Below, piece after piece: positions 19,130 to 27,848 of a stretch of 64,000 bases of DNA. Origin of the DNA: Patescibacteria group bacterium (GTDB taxonomy: Bacteria; Patescibacteriota; Kazan-3B-28; UBA10110). The stretch lies in contig JAFGPN010000004.1 of NCBI GenBank assembly GCA_016936175.1, positions 5,726 to 69,725 on the forward strand. Direction: 5' to 3'. The first letter of the stretch is position 1; every line of letters starts with the position of its first letter. Both the position numbers and the translations under genes were made by a program. The notes below the pieces were generated by a model. The model was not told the DNA's origin. It made no database searches and was given only the letters and a program-made list of their open reading frames with translations.

Positions 19130-19876
19130 TTAATCCTCGCTTAAGATTACCTCTTTAACTATAATCGGTTTGGTTGGCTTGTCTTCTCTGGTCTTAACAT
19201 TACCGATCTTATCGACGATGTCCATCCCTTCGACCACTCGACCAAACGGGGTATGTAGGCCGTCCAACCAATCGGTCGCCTCTTTGGTAATGATAAAGAA
19301 CTGGCTTCCATTAGTGCCCTGGCCCTCTTGTTGACCAGCGTTAGCCATCGCCACAATCCCCCGTACCAGTTTAGGAGTATTTTTATTTATTTCATCATTA
19401 AAAGTGTAGCCCGGGCCACCAGAACCATCGTCAGCCGGATCATCGTTACGCGAGAGCGGATCGCCTGTTTGAATCATAAAATCTTTGATTACCCGATGAA
19501 ATGTCACGTCGTTGTAAAATTGATTTTTTACCAACAACACAAAGTTCGCCACGGTTTTGGGAGCGGTATCGGTTAGCAGTTCAAATTTAATATCACCCTC
19601 ACTGGTAACCAAGGTGGCAAATTTGGATTGAGCTAAGTCCTTTTTACTAATTTGGCCAAACGGTCCGCTGACATTGCGAATCGAAGCGCTCAAAACAATT
19701 GCCTTAGGAACCGCCACCACCAATATAAACACCAAAGCCACGGTTATCACTGGCCAGAGCAACTTTTTCCAAGGGAAAGCTACCGCGTACAACCGCCGCC
19801 GTTCCCGCCATTCCTTAAGGGCGGCCTTTTTCGCGGCTATTTTTTGTTCCTTGCGTAATCGTTGTCGCTTTGACAT
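19130..19876 (-). CDS. Membrane-anchored cyclophilin-type peptidyl-prolyl isomerase
   Basis: APKTVANF, FHRVIKDFMIQTGDP, NGSQFFI and HTPFGRVVEGM motifs. Confidence 0.94.
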   Translation of the reverse strand: MSKRQRLRKEQKIAAKKAALKEWRERRRLYAVAFPWKKLLWPVITVALVFILVVAVPKAIVLSASIRNVSGPFGQISKKDLAQSKFATLVTSEGDIKFELLTDTAPKTVANFVLLVKNQFYNDVTFHRVIKDFMIQTGDPLSRNDDPADDGSGGPGYTFNDEINKNTPKLVRGIVAMANAGQQEGQGTNGSQFFIITKEATDWLDGLHTPFGRVVEGMDIVDKIGNVKTREDKPTKPIIVKEVILSED

Positions 19877-19971
19877 ATGCTCTCCTATGCAGTCATTTTA
19901 TCACGTTGACAGACGCCAAATTAGACCAACCAAAGAAAGGCCTCCCTCCTTAAAATTGGCCTCGACCTTAT

Positions 19972-20193
19972 CTAAAAACCAGGCAACAAGGGCCGCGCCA
20001 CTAAGTTAGTGCCCCACAGCACCACATACGGTCCAATCCACTGGATTATCATAATCGAAATTAGGATTACCGCCAGCTGGCGCCAAAAAGAATTAGTAAA
20101 ATCACGCTGACGTACCGCTTCATCCCTAAAACTGTCGACAAATTTATCGCCGAATACCGTTTTAGCAAACTGTTCTGTTGCAGAAATCTTCAT
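19972..20193 (-). CDS. Small hypothetical membrane protein
   Basis: 73-aa ORF tightly coupled to the upstream gene; one TM. Confidence 0.55.
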   Translation of the reverse strand: MKISATEQFAKTVFGDKFVDSFRDEAVRQRDFTNSFWRQLAVILISIMIIQWIGPYVVLWGTNLVARPLLPGF

Positions 20194-20196
20194 AGT

Positions 20197-21501
20197 TTAG
20201 AGCGTAGGATTAACCATGGTTTTAAACAATCTCTCCCAGAACCCAATCGGTTTAGGATCCGAGACCGGCGCCGGGGGTGCACTATCAACCGTCGTCCCAA
20301 TTATACCCGCCGCAGTCATATACTGCAAAGTTGATTCAAAGGGGGTTCTGGCCGCTATATCGGGTAACGGCTCAAAGCCATTAATCGTCGAGATATCCTT
20401 AATCTCCAAGATCTCTCGGGTGCTAGCTAACCGCTTAGCCTCTACGGCTGCATACTCGTCTATTAGGTTCTGCTCGTTCCTGGCTTCAGCTGAAGTTCTG
20501 GGGGCAAGATAGATATTATCCAATGAGCCACTCCCCGAACCAGTCTGCCCATTGCCATCAATCTTAGTGGAATCAGTCGATGCGGAGGTATCGGGATTGA
20601 CTACGGTCGGCACAGCTGTACTGCCAGTAACTACTAAGCTAATACTCTTGTTAACGGTGTAAACACTGGCATCTCGACCTTTGGCCGTTACCACAAAATC
20701 ATATTGAGTAAGTGGAGTAGTAGCAGATGTGGTTAAAATTAAATCTGCCACCAGTGGCGGGATAGCCGAAGCCGGCGCAAACTTGGCCGTTACATTGCCC
20801 ACCAACCCAGAGAGCGATAGGTCGACCTCGCTGGCATAACCGTTTAAAGGATTCACCGACACCCGATAGATCGCCGTGCCTCCCACCCGCACCGTGTGTA
20901 AAATCGGCTGAACCGTTACATCAAAGGTGGGGCTAACCACTGGGGTTGGGCTTGGTGCAACTACTAATGAGTTTACCCCCCAAGGGTTAGTGCCAGCCCT
21001 CTGAAATAATAAGTCTAACTGGCCGGCATTAACCACAACATCAAAGGTTAAGGTGTTCCATTGATTAACCTGAGTAATGGTGCTAAAACTCTTGGCATTA
21101 ACCGTCACCTTAGTAGAAAAAGCGCTGTTTAAACTCCCACTGACCAAGCTTAAGCGATAGTTACCGTTATCTAAACCAGTGATACGGAAGCTGGCCGGAT
21201 CCACCCCATTGTTTCCATCGCGATTTAATTTGTTACTAACCGCGGCACCACTACTAAATACCATCGCTTCATCTACCCACCCGTACTCTAAGCCGGAAGC
21301 AGATATCGGATACATCGAAGCTCCGCCATCTACCGCCAAATAATTGGATTCTAACGCCGAGCCGTCACCAAAATCAAATTGACAGGAATTACCTCCCGCC
21401 AAACTTAAACCCACTAAGATCAATAACAAGATGCCCAGCGACACGGCTAAGCGCAGCTCGCTTTTAATAAAACTAACAAATGAGTGAAAGAGGTTTGGCA
21501 T
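20197..21501 (-). CDS. Hypothetical exported beta-rich protein (possible carbohydrate-binding or Ig-like domains)
   Basis: Signal/TM segment, FDFGDG...YGW motif and Thr/Ser/Val-rich beta segments. Confidence 0.65.
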   Translation of the reverse strand: MPNLFHSFVSFIKSELRLAVSLGILLLILVGLSLAGGNSCQFDFGDGSALESNYLAVDGGASMYPISASGLEYGWVDEAMVFSSGAAVSNKLNRDGNNGVDPASFRITGLDNGNYRLSLVSGSLNSAFSTKVTVNAKSFSTITQVNQWNTLTFDVVVNAGQLDLLFQRAGTNPWGVNSLVVAPSPTPVVSPTFDVTVQPILHTVRVGGTAIYRVSVNPLNGYASEVDLSLSGLVGNVTAKFAPASAIPPLVADLILTTSATTPLTQYDFVVTAKGRDASVYTVNKSISLVVTGSTAVPTVVNPDTSASTDSTKIDGNGQTGSGSGSLDNIYLAPRTSAEARNEQNLIDEYAAVEAKRLASTREILEIKDISTINGFEPLPDIAARTPFESTLQYMTAAGIIGTTVDSAPPAPVSDPKPIGFWERLFKTMVNPTL

Positions 21502-21522
21502 AGATAGGGGCTTACCTCTTAA

Positions 21523-22926
21523 TTATACCGTCTGTGCCTCTTCTGGGGTAAGTTCGGCTGTCGCCTCGATCGTTCGTGCGGTTTCCAACGATCTAAACAC
21601 CATCGTTTCGGGCTGGAAGTAGAGCTCTGTTTGCCCCACCGGACCATTACGATGTTTGGCAATCATTACATCGGCGATGTTGGCTCTATCAGAATCCTTT
21701 TCGTAGTAATCCTCTCGATAGATAAACATCACCACATCCGCATCCTGCTCAATCGACCCAGACTCTCTTAAATCCGAAAGCTGCGGAACTTTTTTGGGCC
21801 GTTGCTCTACCGCCCGTGAGAGTTGGGATACAGCTATCACTGGCACATCCAATTCACGGGCAAGCCCCTTAAGACTTCTGGAAATCTCGGAAATCTCTTG
21901 CACTCGATTATCGGAGTGACTTCGACCCTCCATCAACTGCAGATAATCTATAATAAGCAAATCTAAACCTTTTTCCATCTGTAGTCGACGAGCCTTTGTC
22001 CGCATCTCCATTACATTCATACCCGGAGAATCATCAATGTAAATCGATAGTTCTGATAGCACGCTCATCGCATCATTAATCCGAGAAAAATCTTCTTCTC
22101 GTAGATTACCAGTTCTAAGCCGCCACGAATCGATGCCGGATTGCGCGCTAATCAATCGCTCAGTTACTTGCTGGGCTGACATCTCTAAATGGAACATCCC
22201 CACCGAGAAGCCGGCTAAAGCCGCATTTAGCGCAAAGTTTAACACCAAACTAGTTTTACCGATACTGGGCCGAGCCGCCACCACTACCAAATCCGATTTC
22301 TGAAAACCGGCCAAGAGATTATCTAGCGCCCGATACCCAGTAGGAATACCCCTCAACTCCCCTCGGTGCTCGTGTAGCTTATCAATCCGCTCAAAAGCCG
22401 AGCTTAAAGTGTCCTTAACCGATACAAACCCGCTTTTAAGATACCGTTGTGAAACTGCGAATAAAGTCTGTTCGGCTTTATCTAACACATCGTCCACTTC
22501 GCTACCCTGGTCTCGACTTAATACCGAGATACTGTTAGCGGCGGCGATTAGTCTTCTGAGGGTGGCCTTGCTGGAAATAATTTCGGCATAACGCGTTACA
22601 TTGGCGCTACTAGGCAAACTACTAGCCAGTTCAGCCAGATAGCTGGCGCCCCCAATCCCTTCTAGCTGTTGTCGATCTTTCAAAACGTCCGTTAAAGTAA
22701 CCACATCAATCGGCCGCCTTTTCTCGTAAAGCGCCAACATCGCTTCGAAAATCAGCCGGTGTCGGTCCTCATAAAAATCATCGGGACGCAAAATATCCGC
22801 CACTTTAATCATGGCATCCTTATCCAACAACAACGATCCTAACAACGATTTCTCCGCCTCTAAGTTCTGAGGCGGGATAATTGTGCTGGTCGCGCTAACT
22901 GATTGAGTTCTAGTAGCCATAATCAA
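21523..22926 (-). CDS. dnaB: Replicative DNA helicase
   Basis: PPQNLEAE, AARPSIGKT, IIDYLQLM, SQLSR and DLRESGSIEQDAD motifs. Confidence 0.98.
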   Translation of the reverse strand: MIMATRTQSVSATSTIIPPQNLEAEKSLLGSLLLDKDAMIKVADILRPDDFYEDRHRLIFEAMLALYEKRRPIDVVTLTDVLKDRQQLEGIGGASYLAELASSLPSSANVTRYAEIISSKATLRRLIAAANSISVLSRDQGSEVDDVLDKAEQTLFAVSQRYLKSGFVSVKDTLSSAFERIDKLHEHRGELRGIPTGYRALDNLLAGFQKSDLVVVAARPSIGKTSLVLNFALNAALAGFSVGMFHLEMSAQQVTERLISAQSGIDSWRLRTGNLREEDFSRINDAMSVLSELSIYIDDSPGMNVMEMRTKARRLQMEKGLDLLIIDYLQLMEGRSHSDNRVQEISEISRSLKGLARELDVPVIAVSQLSRAVEQRPKKVPQLSDLRESGSIEQDADVVMFIYREDYYEKDSDRANIADVMIAKHRNGPVGQTELYFQPETMVFRSLETARTIEATAELTPEEAQTV

Positions 22927-22934
22927 AAAGGGCC

Positions 22935-24458
22935 TTACATTATATCAAACACGTTCCCGACTGCGGCTACCGCTCCCGATTCTCGGACTACTCGATACTC
23001 TACCGCCATATCGGACACACCCAGTTCAGCCAAACCAGCCAAGACCACCTGATGGTTAGTGGATTTGCTCATCACTTGCTTAAGAAAATCACTGGGTAGT
23101 TCAACCACTAATTTTCCGTTGTCAATTACTGCGGAACTACTTTTTAGTAGCGCGCCGGTAGCCGGATTAGTTACCTCTAGTCGGTCACACAACTGTGGCC
23201 AGAATTCGGCAATGTTTTTTGTGCTTGATTTTGGCGGATTGGCCGTTACAATAGTTGACTTAGCGGTAATCGAAGCCGGACGAGACGGTGCTGACTTAGC
23301 GGTTACTTCAGCCGGGGTCGTTGCACATTTAAGTACTGCCATCTCCAAAGCCAGCTGTGGCAAGTGTGATAGTTTGTAGGTGTTGACCGACTCCACCAAT
23401 CGCTGTAGCCAATTAACCAGCTGGTTAACACTTACTGTGCTAACCTGTTCTGTCATAACCTTTTTATCGTCGGCCGAGCGATCGATTAAACTAATGTTTC
23501 CCAATTTAACCATCAGTAGCTCCCTTAGATGATTCATCCATTGTTTGGCTAATTGATTTAAATCGTAGCCCTTAAAATAGACATCACTAATTAAATCGAT
23601 ACCAACAACTACTTGCCCGTCAATCACTGCCTGAGTTAGGTGCTGAATCACACTGCTATCTACTACACCTAACAGTTTAGCCAACTCGCCCCGATCAATC
23701 TTGCTTTCACCAAAACCTGCCGCCTGGTCCAGCATACTAAGAGCATCCCGCAAGCTTCCTTCCGCATTTTCGGTAATCAGTTCGATCCCCGCCTGGGTAA
23801 TCTCAATCCCCTCCTGTTGGGTCACTTTTTTTAACTGCTCGGTTACTTCGACCCGAGACAGATAGTGAAAATCAAAATACTGGCACCGAGAGATTACCGT
23901 CGGCAACAGTTTGTGTACTTCAGTGGTAGCCAACACAAAGATTACATGAGCCGGTGGTTCTTCTAAGGTTTTGAGCAGGGCGTTAAATGCGTTTTTAGAG
24001 AGCATGTGGACCTCGTCGATGATATATACCTTGTATCTGCCCAGCGAAGGCACCAGGTTAACCTTTTCGATTAGATCGCGAACATCATCAACCGATGTAT
24101 GTGAAGCGGCATCAATCTCAATTAGATCGACAAAATTGCCTCGGTCAAATGCGATACAGTTAGCGCATTTACCACATGGTTCACCCGGCACACTCTTTTT
24201 AATATTATCGCCGCCCTCCGTAGCTCCACTATGCAGTGGAGCGAAGGATGGGTTGTTTGCTTCGCAGTTAACAGCTTTGGCCAACAATCGGGCCAACGAT
24301 GTCTTGCCGGTGCCACGAGGACCTGCAAATAAATAAGCGTGAGCAATCCGATCGTTAACTACCGCGTTAATCACTGTCTGCTTAATGTGCAGTTGACCGA
24401 CAAAATCCGCAAATTTTTGCGGACGCCACTTTCTATATAAAGCCCCACCCTTTGGCAT
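22935..24458 (-). CDS. dnaX: DNA polymerase III subunit gamma/tau
   Basis: LYRKWRP, GPRGTGKTS, EIDAAS, IIDEVHML, NALLKTLEEPP and SRC motifs. Confidence 0.97.
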   Translation of the reverse strand: MPKGGALYRKWRPQKFADFVGQLHIKQTVINAVVNDRIAHAYLFAGPRGTGKTSLARLLAKAVNCEANNPSFAPLHSGATEGGDNIKKSVPGEPCGKCANCIAFDRGNFVDLIEIDAASHTSVDDVRDLIEKVNLVPSLGRYKVYIIDEVHMLSKNAFNALLKTLEEPPAHVIFVLATTEVHKLLPTVISRCQYFDFHYLSRVEVTEQLKKVTQQEGIEITQAGIELITENAEGSLRDALSMLDQAAGFGESKIDRGELAKLLGVVDSSVIQHLTQAVIDGQVVVGIDLISDVYFKGYDLNQLAKQWMNHLRELLMVKLGNISLIDRSADDKKVMTEQVSTVSVNQLVNWLQRLVESVNTYKLSHLPQLALEMAVLKCATTPAEVTAKSAPSRPASITAKSTIVTANPPKSSTKNIAEFWPQLCDRLEVTNPATGALLKSSSAVIDNGKLVVELPSDFLKQVMSKSTNHQVVLAGLAELGVSDMAVEYRVVRESGAVAAVGNVFDIM

Positions 24459-24480
24459 AATTTCTCCTAAGTCGCACCTA

Positions 24481-25609
24481 TCATAATACCACAGACTCCC
24501 CGGCCAACCACCTCAACCGTTGAGTAATTTTTCGCCCGCTCACATGTGCCAGATACCCCAAATATGATGGCATCGCTTTGACTACAGTGCCCAAATTGCC
24601 CACCGTCATCTCCCGCGAAATCCTCCCACATATTCGTTTGACTGTTTTCCTCCTCGGCAGGTTGTAGTGGGGCAGAGCGTTGTATCCTATAAAATCTATA
24701 CCCCAAGAGAGTTTGCGTAAGATGAGCTTGTCGGGGTGGAGCTGCAACTTCAGCTCGGATTTCAGAAAATGAGCTATCTCCACAAAATATCCCATCAACT
24801 CACCGGGACCGTCTGCTAACAATGTAAAATCATCGGCATAACGGAGATAGCGCTTAGCTCGAAGCCGATGCTTAGCAAACTTGTCCAACGGATCGAGATA
24901 AACATTGGCGAATAACTGGGATGTCAGATTCCCCAACGGCATCCCTGTGCCACCCGTCTTGTCATTCCCGCTTAGGCGGGAATCCAGGCAACCGAAGCTA
25001 CCAATGATATTTTCCAATAGCCCCAATAATCGCTCATCAGCAATACGGGTTTGCAACAATTCCATCAGCACCTTGTGGTCTACACTATCGAAAAACTTAC
25101 GAATGTCTAACTCCAACGCCCAACAGGGGCTGGTATAGTTTTTACTCACCTTCCGAGCCATCTCTGCCAGTCGGAAAAATCCTTTGTGCGTTCCCTTGTT
25201 CTTCCGGCAAGAATAGCTGTCAAATATAAAGGTTTTATCAAAAGCCGAATGCAGGATACGATAGATGGCATGGTGAAGCAGTCGGTCATGGACAGACGCC
25301 TTACTGATCAGTCGGGGCTTGGGGTCGGAGATGCGGAACTGTTGGTAACCACCATGGCGATACGTACCATCTACCAGCTCTTCGTGCAGGGCAAATATGT
25401 TATCTTCAAGATGGAGTTCAAACGCTTGGACATCCGACTTACTCCGTTTCCCTTTCAGAAACTCCGTCCAGGCTAAGAACAAATTCTCTAACGAAATAAT
25501 CTCTGCAAAGACACCATCATGGAAAATAACTTTCCCATTAAGCCCCCCCTACGGATTTGGAGAAATCCCGATTGTATTGAGATTGTATGAGTTCTACCGG
25601 CTTTTGCAT
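24481..25609 (-). CDS. DGR reverse transcriptase; frameshifted at the G7 tract as sequenced (uninterrupted ORF 24481-25482 from TTG; 375 aa from ATG 25609 if the tract is G6)
   Basis: DPKPRLI, DRLLHHA, SYSCRKNKGTH, LDIRKFFDSVDH, DGR signature GMPLGNLTSQLFAN, catalytic RYADD and GIDFIGY. The RT-like N-terminus (FAEIISLENLFLAW) continues upstream of the TTG to the G tract. Confidence 0.93.
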
Positions 25610-25897
25610 GATGCCATTCAAAAATTTCCCAAGTCAGAGAAATATTCTCTCGGTCAGACGCTTCAGAATACGACTCTCGCCCTGCTACGATCGATTATAA
25701 TTGCTACCCGATCAGACAAAATGACTCGAAGAGATTATTTGGTTGCCGGTAATGCCGACCTAGATGTTTTAAAACTGCTTATCCGCCTAGCGGTCAACAC
25801 TCAATCGCTGGATCAGAAAAAATATCTTCTACTGGAAACCCAGCTCCAAGAAATTGGTCGGATGCTAGGCGGATGGCTCCGCAGTTTAGAAAATTAG
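25519..25897 (+). CDS. avd: Accessory variability determinant (Avd, four-helix bundle); frameshifted at the C7 tract as sequenced (125 aa if the tract is C6)
   Basis: IPIVLRLYEFY...KFPKSEKYSLGQ...LDVLKLLIRLA...EIGRMLGGWLR, a typical Avd pattern, located between TR and RT. Confidence 0.9.
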
Positions 25898-25899
25898 CT

Positions 25900-26029
25900 A
25901 CTCCGAGGAAGGCCACCACCGTACCATAGTTGTCGTTCGGATTGTCAGCATTCCTGTTGTCGAACTTCAGCTGATCGTCGTTGAAATAGAAGTACACAGA
26001 GTTCGTCCAGTTGCCATCGGCGTTCCAGT
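25900..26029 (-). repeat. DGR template repeat (TR)
   Basis: 130 bp aligning without gaps to 26348-26477; rich in AAC/AAT codons on the minus strand. Confidence 0.97.
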
Positions 26030-26258
26030 GTTGCCTCTTCACTATCCAGGTCACTGCGAGCTAAAGGTGATAGCTTCGCTGTATTTTATGTGGGGAGTTA
26101 CCCTCAATCTTATGAGAGGCAAGGAGTGTCTAATTCTCAAGTCGGCCCTCTCGGGTGGAATAAATTCTACCAGACTCCGGCCGGGTGCTTGTGACACAAT
26201 TTCGGCGGACTAAATCCGTAAACTTAGCCACACTGCCTACTTTCACATCTATTTTACA

Positions 26259-26291
26259 ATAAAAAATGCGGCGGGTAGAAACACCCGCCGC
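26259..26291 (-). terminator. Hairpin/terminator downstream of the DGR target gene
   Basis: Minus strand GCGGCGGGT-GTTTCT-ACCCGCCGC followed by ATTTTTTA. Confidence 0.7.
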
Positions 26292-26343
26292 CTTGAAAGC
26301 GAACGCAAAGTTCGAAAATTGCAAAGGACCAATCCCCAAGTTG

Positions 26344-27246
26344 CTACACTCCGAGGAAGGCCACCACCGTACCACAGTCGTCGTCCGGATAGCCAGCACG
26401 CCTGTCGTCGAACACCAGCTGACCGTCGTCGAAAGCGAAGTACACAGAGTCCGTCCAGTCGCCATCGGCGCTCCAGTCCCACTCATCTCCCGAGCAATCA
26501 ACGAAGAGTTGCCCATAAGCGGTAAGCCGGTCCGGCATGGTCAGTAGCAGGCAAGCCACTTGAGCGGTGATCAGCGGAAGCTGATTATTGTTCAGCGCTT
26601 CGAAGCGAGCATTGCGGGGACTGAAGCCAGCGTAGAGATCGCCGAAATTGAAGGACAGCACTAGCACATCACCGGGGGTCTCGGCCTCCAGCTTCTTTAG
26701 CTGCTCCCGGACATCTTCCATAATGCGGATGTGCTGCTCGTCCATCTGACCCGCTCGGTAGTTATAGAAAGAGCGGCTCGCGGCAATCAGTTCGAACAGT
26801 TTCTCACACATCGCGCCATAGCCCTTGCCATAAGGATCAGTGATATTCCAGAGCTCAGCCAAATAGGCAAGCTTAGGAATTACCGCCAATCCGTCAGCCA
26901 ACTTCTGTGCCTTGACCTTGGCTACTAACGCATCAACCTGCGACAGATCGATCCGCTTAAATAGCTTGATCAAGCGAGCCTTTTGCTCCTCGATAGTGGC
27001 CGATTTCCACCCCTTAGGGTAGAACCAGGCCCGCTTGACCCGTTCATCAATGTACGGGTTGGTCGGAATCAGTGCCTCGAACAGGGCGACGAACTTCTGC
27101 TTGAAGTCACTTACCCAGTTCGTGTCACTGATCATCCTCTGGACCATAGCAAAACCAAATCGGTTCAGTACGGTCTTCAAGGCATCAATTACAAACGAGC
27201 CGATCTGCCGGGCTTGCCCAACAGTCATCAAAGTTGACCTCGACAT
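26344..27246 (-). CDS. DGR target protein with hypervariable C-terminus (CLec-like fold inferred)
   Basis: SD AAAGGAG before ATG 27246 (300 aa); the last ~43 codons are the VR. Confidence 0.9.
   Translation of the reverse strand: MSRSTLMTVGQARQIGSFVIDALKTVLNRFGFAMVQRMISDTNWVSDFKQKFVALFEALIPTNPYIDERVKRAWFYPKGWKSATIEEQKARLIKLFKRIDLSQVDALVAKVKAQKLADGLAVIPKLAYLAELWNITDPYGKGYGAMCEKLFELIAASRSFYNYRAGQMDEQHIRIMEDVREQLKKLEAETPGDVLVLSFNFGDLYAGFSPRNARFEALNNNQLPLITAQVACLLLTMPDRLTAYGQLFVDCSGDEWDWSADGDWTDSVYFAFDDGQLVFDDRRAGYPDDDCGTVVAFLGV
26348..26477 (-). repeat. DGR variable repeat (VR), including the invariant GC-rich 3' segment (IMH candidate)
   Basis: 17 mismatches to TR, 16 at TR adenines; encodes the extreme C-terminus of the target protein. 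Confidence 0.97.
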
Positions 27247-27455
27247 CTGAAGTCTCCTTTTTAACCAACCTCTGCGAGGCATTCCGGTTTACCGGAACTT
27301 ACGGGTTAGACCGCCTCCTCAGCGTTGGGTTAGCACAGCCGCTAACGCTACCAATGTAGCACAAAACTCGCTCCCAGCCAAGATTTTCCCGCTCCCAAAC
27401 CTGATTTTATTCTACCCTCTTCTCTATCCCGCCCTCCAGATTAGAGCGCTTTTAC

Positions 27456-27684
27456 GCCATTGGAGCCCGAGTGTCCCTGTCTTTCTTACCCCATTGAGCA
27501 AATTGCGTTATCCGGCAGTAAAACTGCCGTTTGGCGCGATCGTTGTCTGAGGCCAGCTACATGGGTAGATGGCCGAGTTCGATCGATATAAGCCAAGTAA
27601 GGCAGTTTTGGTAGCCGGATAGCAATTTGTGATTGGGTCCGCCTTTGGGCGCCACCCGTTTGGCGGGGCAAATGGGTGGCAAAA
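27456..27684 (+). repeat. ~200-nt structured intergenic repeat, copy 1
   Basis: Nested stems and a terminal GCCACCCGTTTG...CAAATGGGTGGC hairpin; homologous to 39291-39485 and 45229-45471. Confidence 0.85.
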
Positions 27685-27715
27685 GTAAATTAAGAAAAAA
27701 TTTTATGTTTCTTTC

Positions 27716-27843
27716 TGGGTCCCCGTCTTCACGGGGATGACAGAAAAAATGGATTCCTGCCTTCGCAGGAATGACAAGTTGGGGTTCTAGGTCCCCGGGT
27801 CAAGCCCAAGGACAAGGGAGCAAGGTCCGCCAGCTGGCGGAGG
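27716..27843. repeat. Cluster of REP-like palindromes
   Basis: TCCCCGTCTTCACGGGGATGACA, GGATTCCTGCCTTCGCAGGAATGACA, TCCCCGGGTCAAGCCCAAGGACA and TCCGCCAGCTGGCGGA. Confidence 0.8.
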
Positions 27844-27848
27844 CGCAA

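Larger units (their letters stand above)
24481..27246 (-). mobile_element. Diversity-generating retroelement (target/VR, TR, antisense avd, RT)
   Basis: DGR-type RT, Avd-like gene and a TR/VR pair with adenine-specific mismatches, all within 2.8 kb. Confidence 0.97.

Noticed and set aside
24481..25482. RT as a group II intron, retron or CRISPR-associated RT
   Set aside because: The LGNLTSQ motif, adjacent Avd and TR/VR pair identify a DGR. No maturase/endonuclease domain or cas genes are seen.
25397..25518. Extended Avd N-terminus from the ORF track (MLSSRW...)
   Set aside because: This is largely the antisense of conserved RT sequence and is not Avd-like. ATG 25519 with a tract frameshift gives a normal-sized Avd. 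The upstream start cannot be fully excluded without expression data.
25794..26054. 86-aa ORF resembling the C-terminus of the DGR target
   Set aside because: It is the template repeat read in frame; it has no RBS and overlaps avd antisense. TR is expected to act as RNA.
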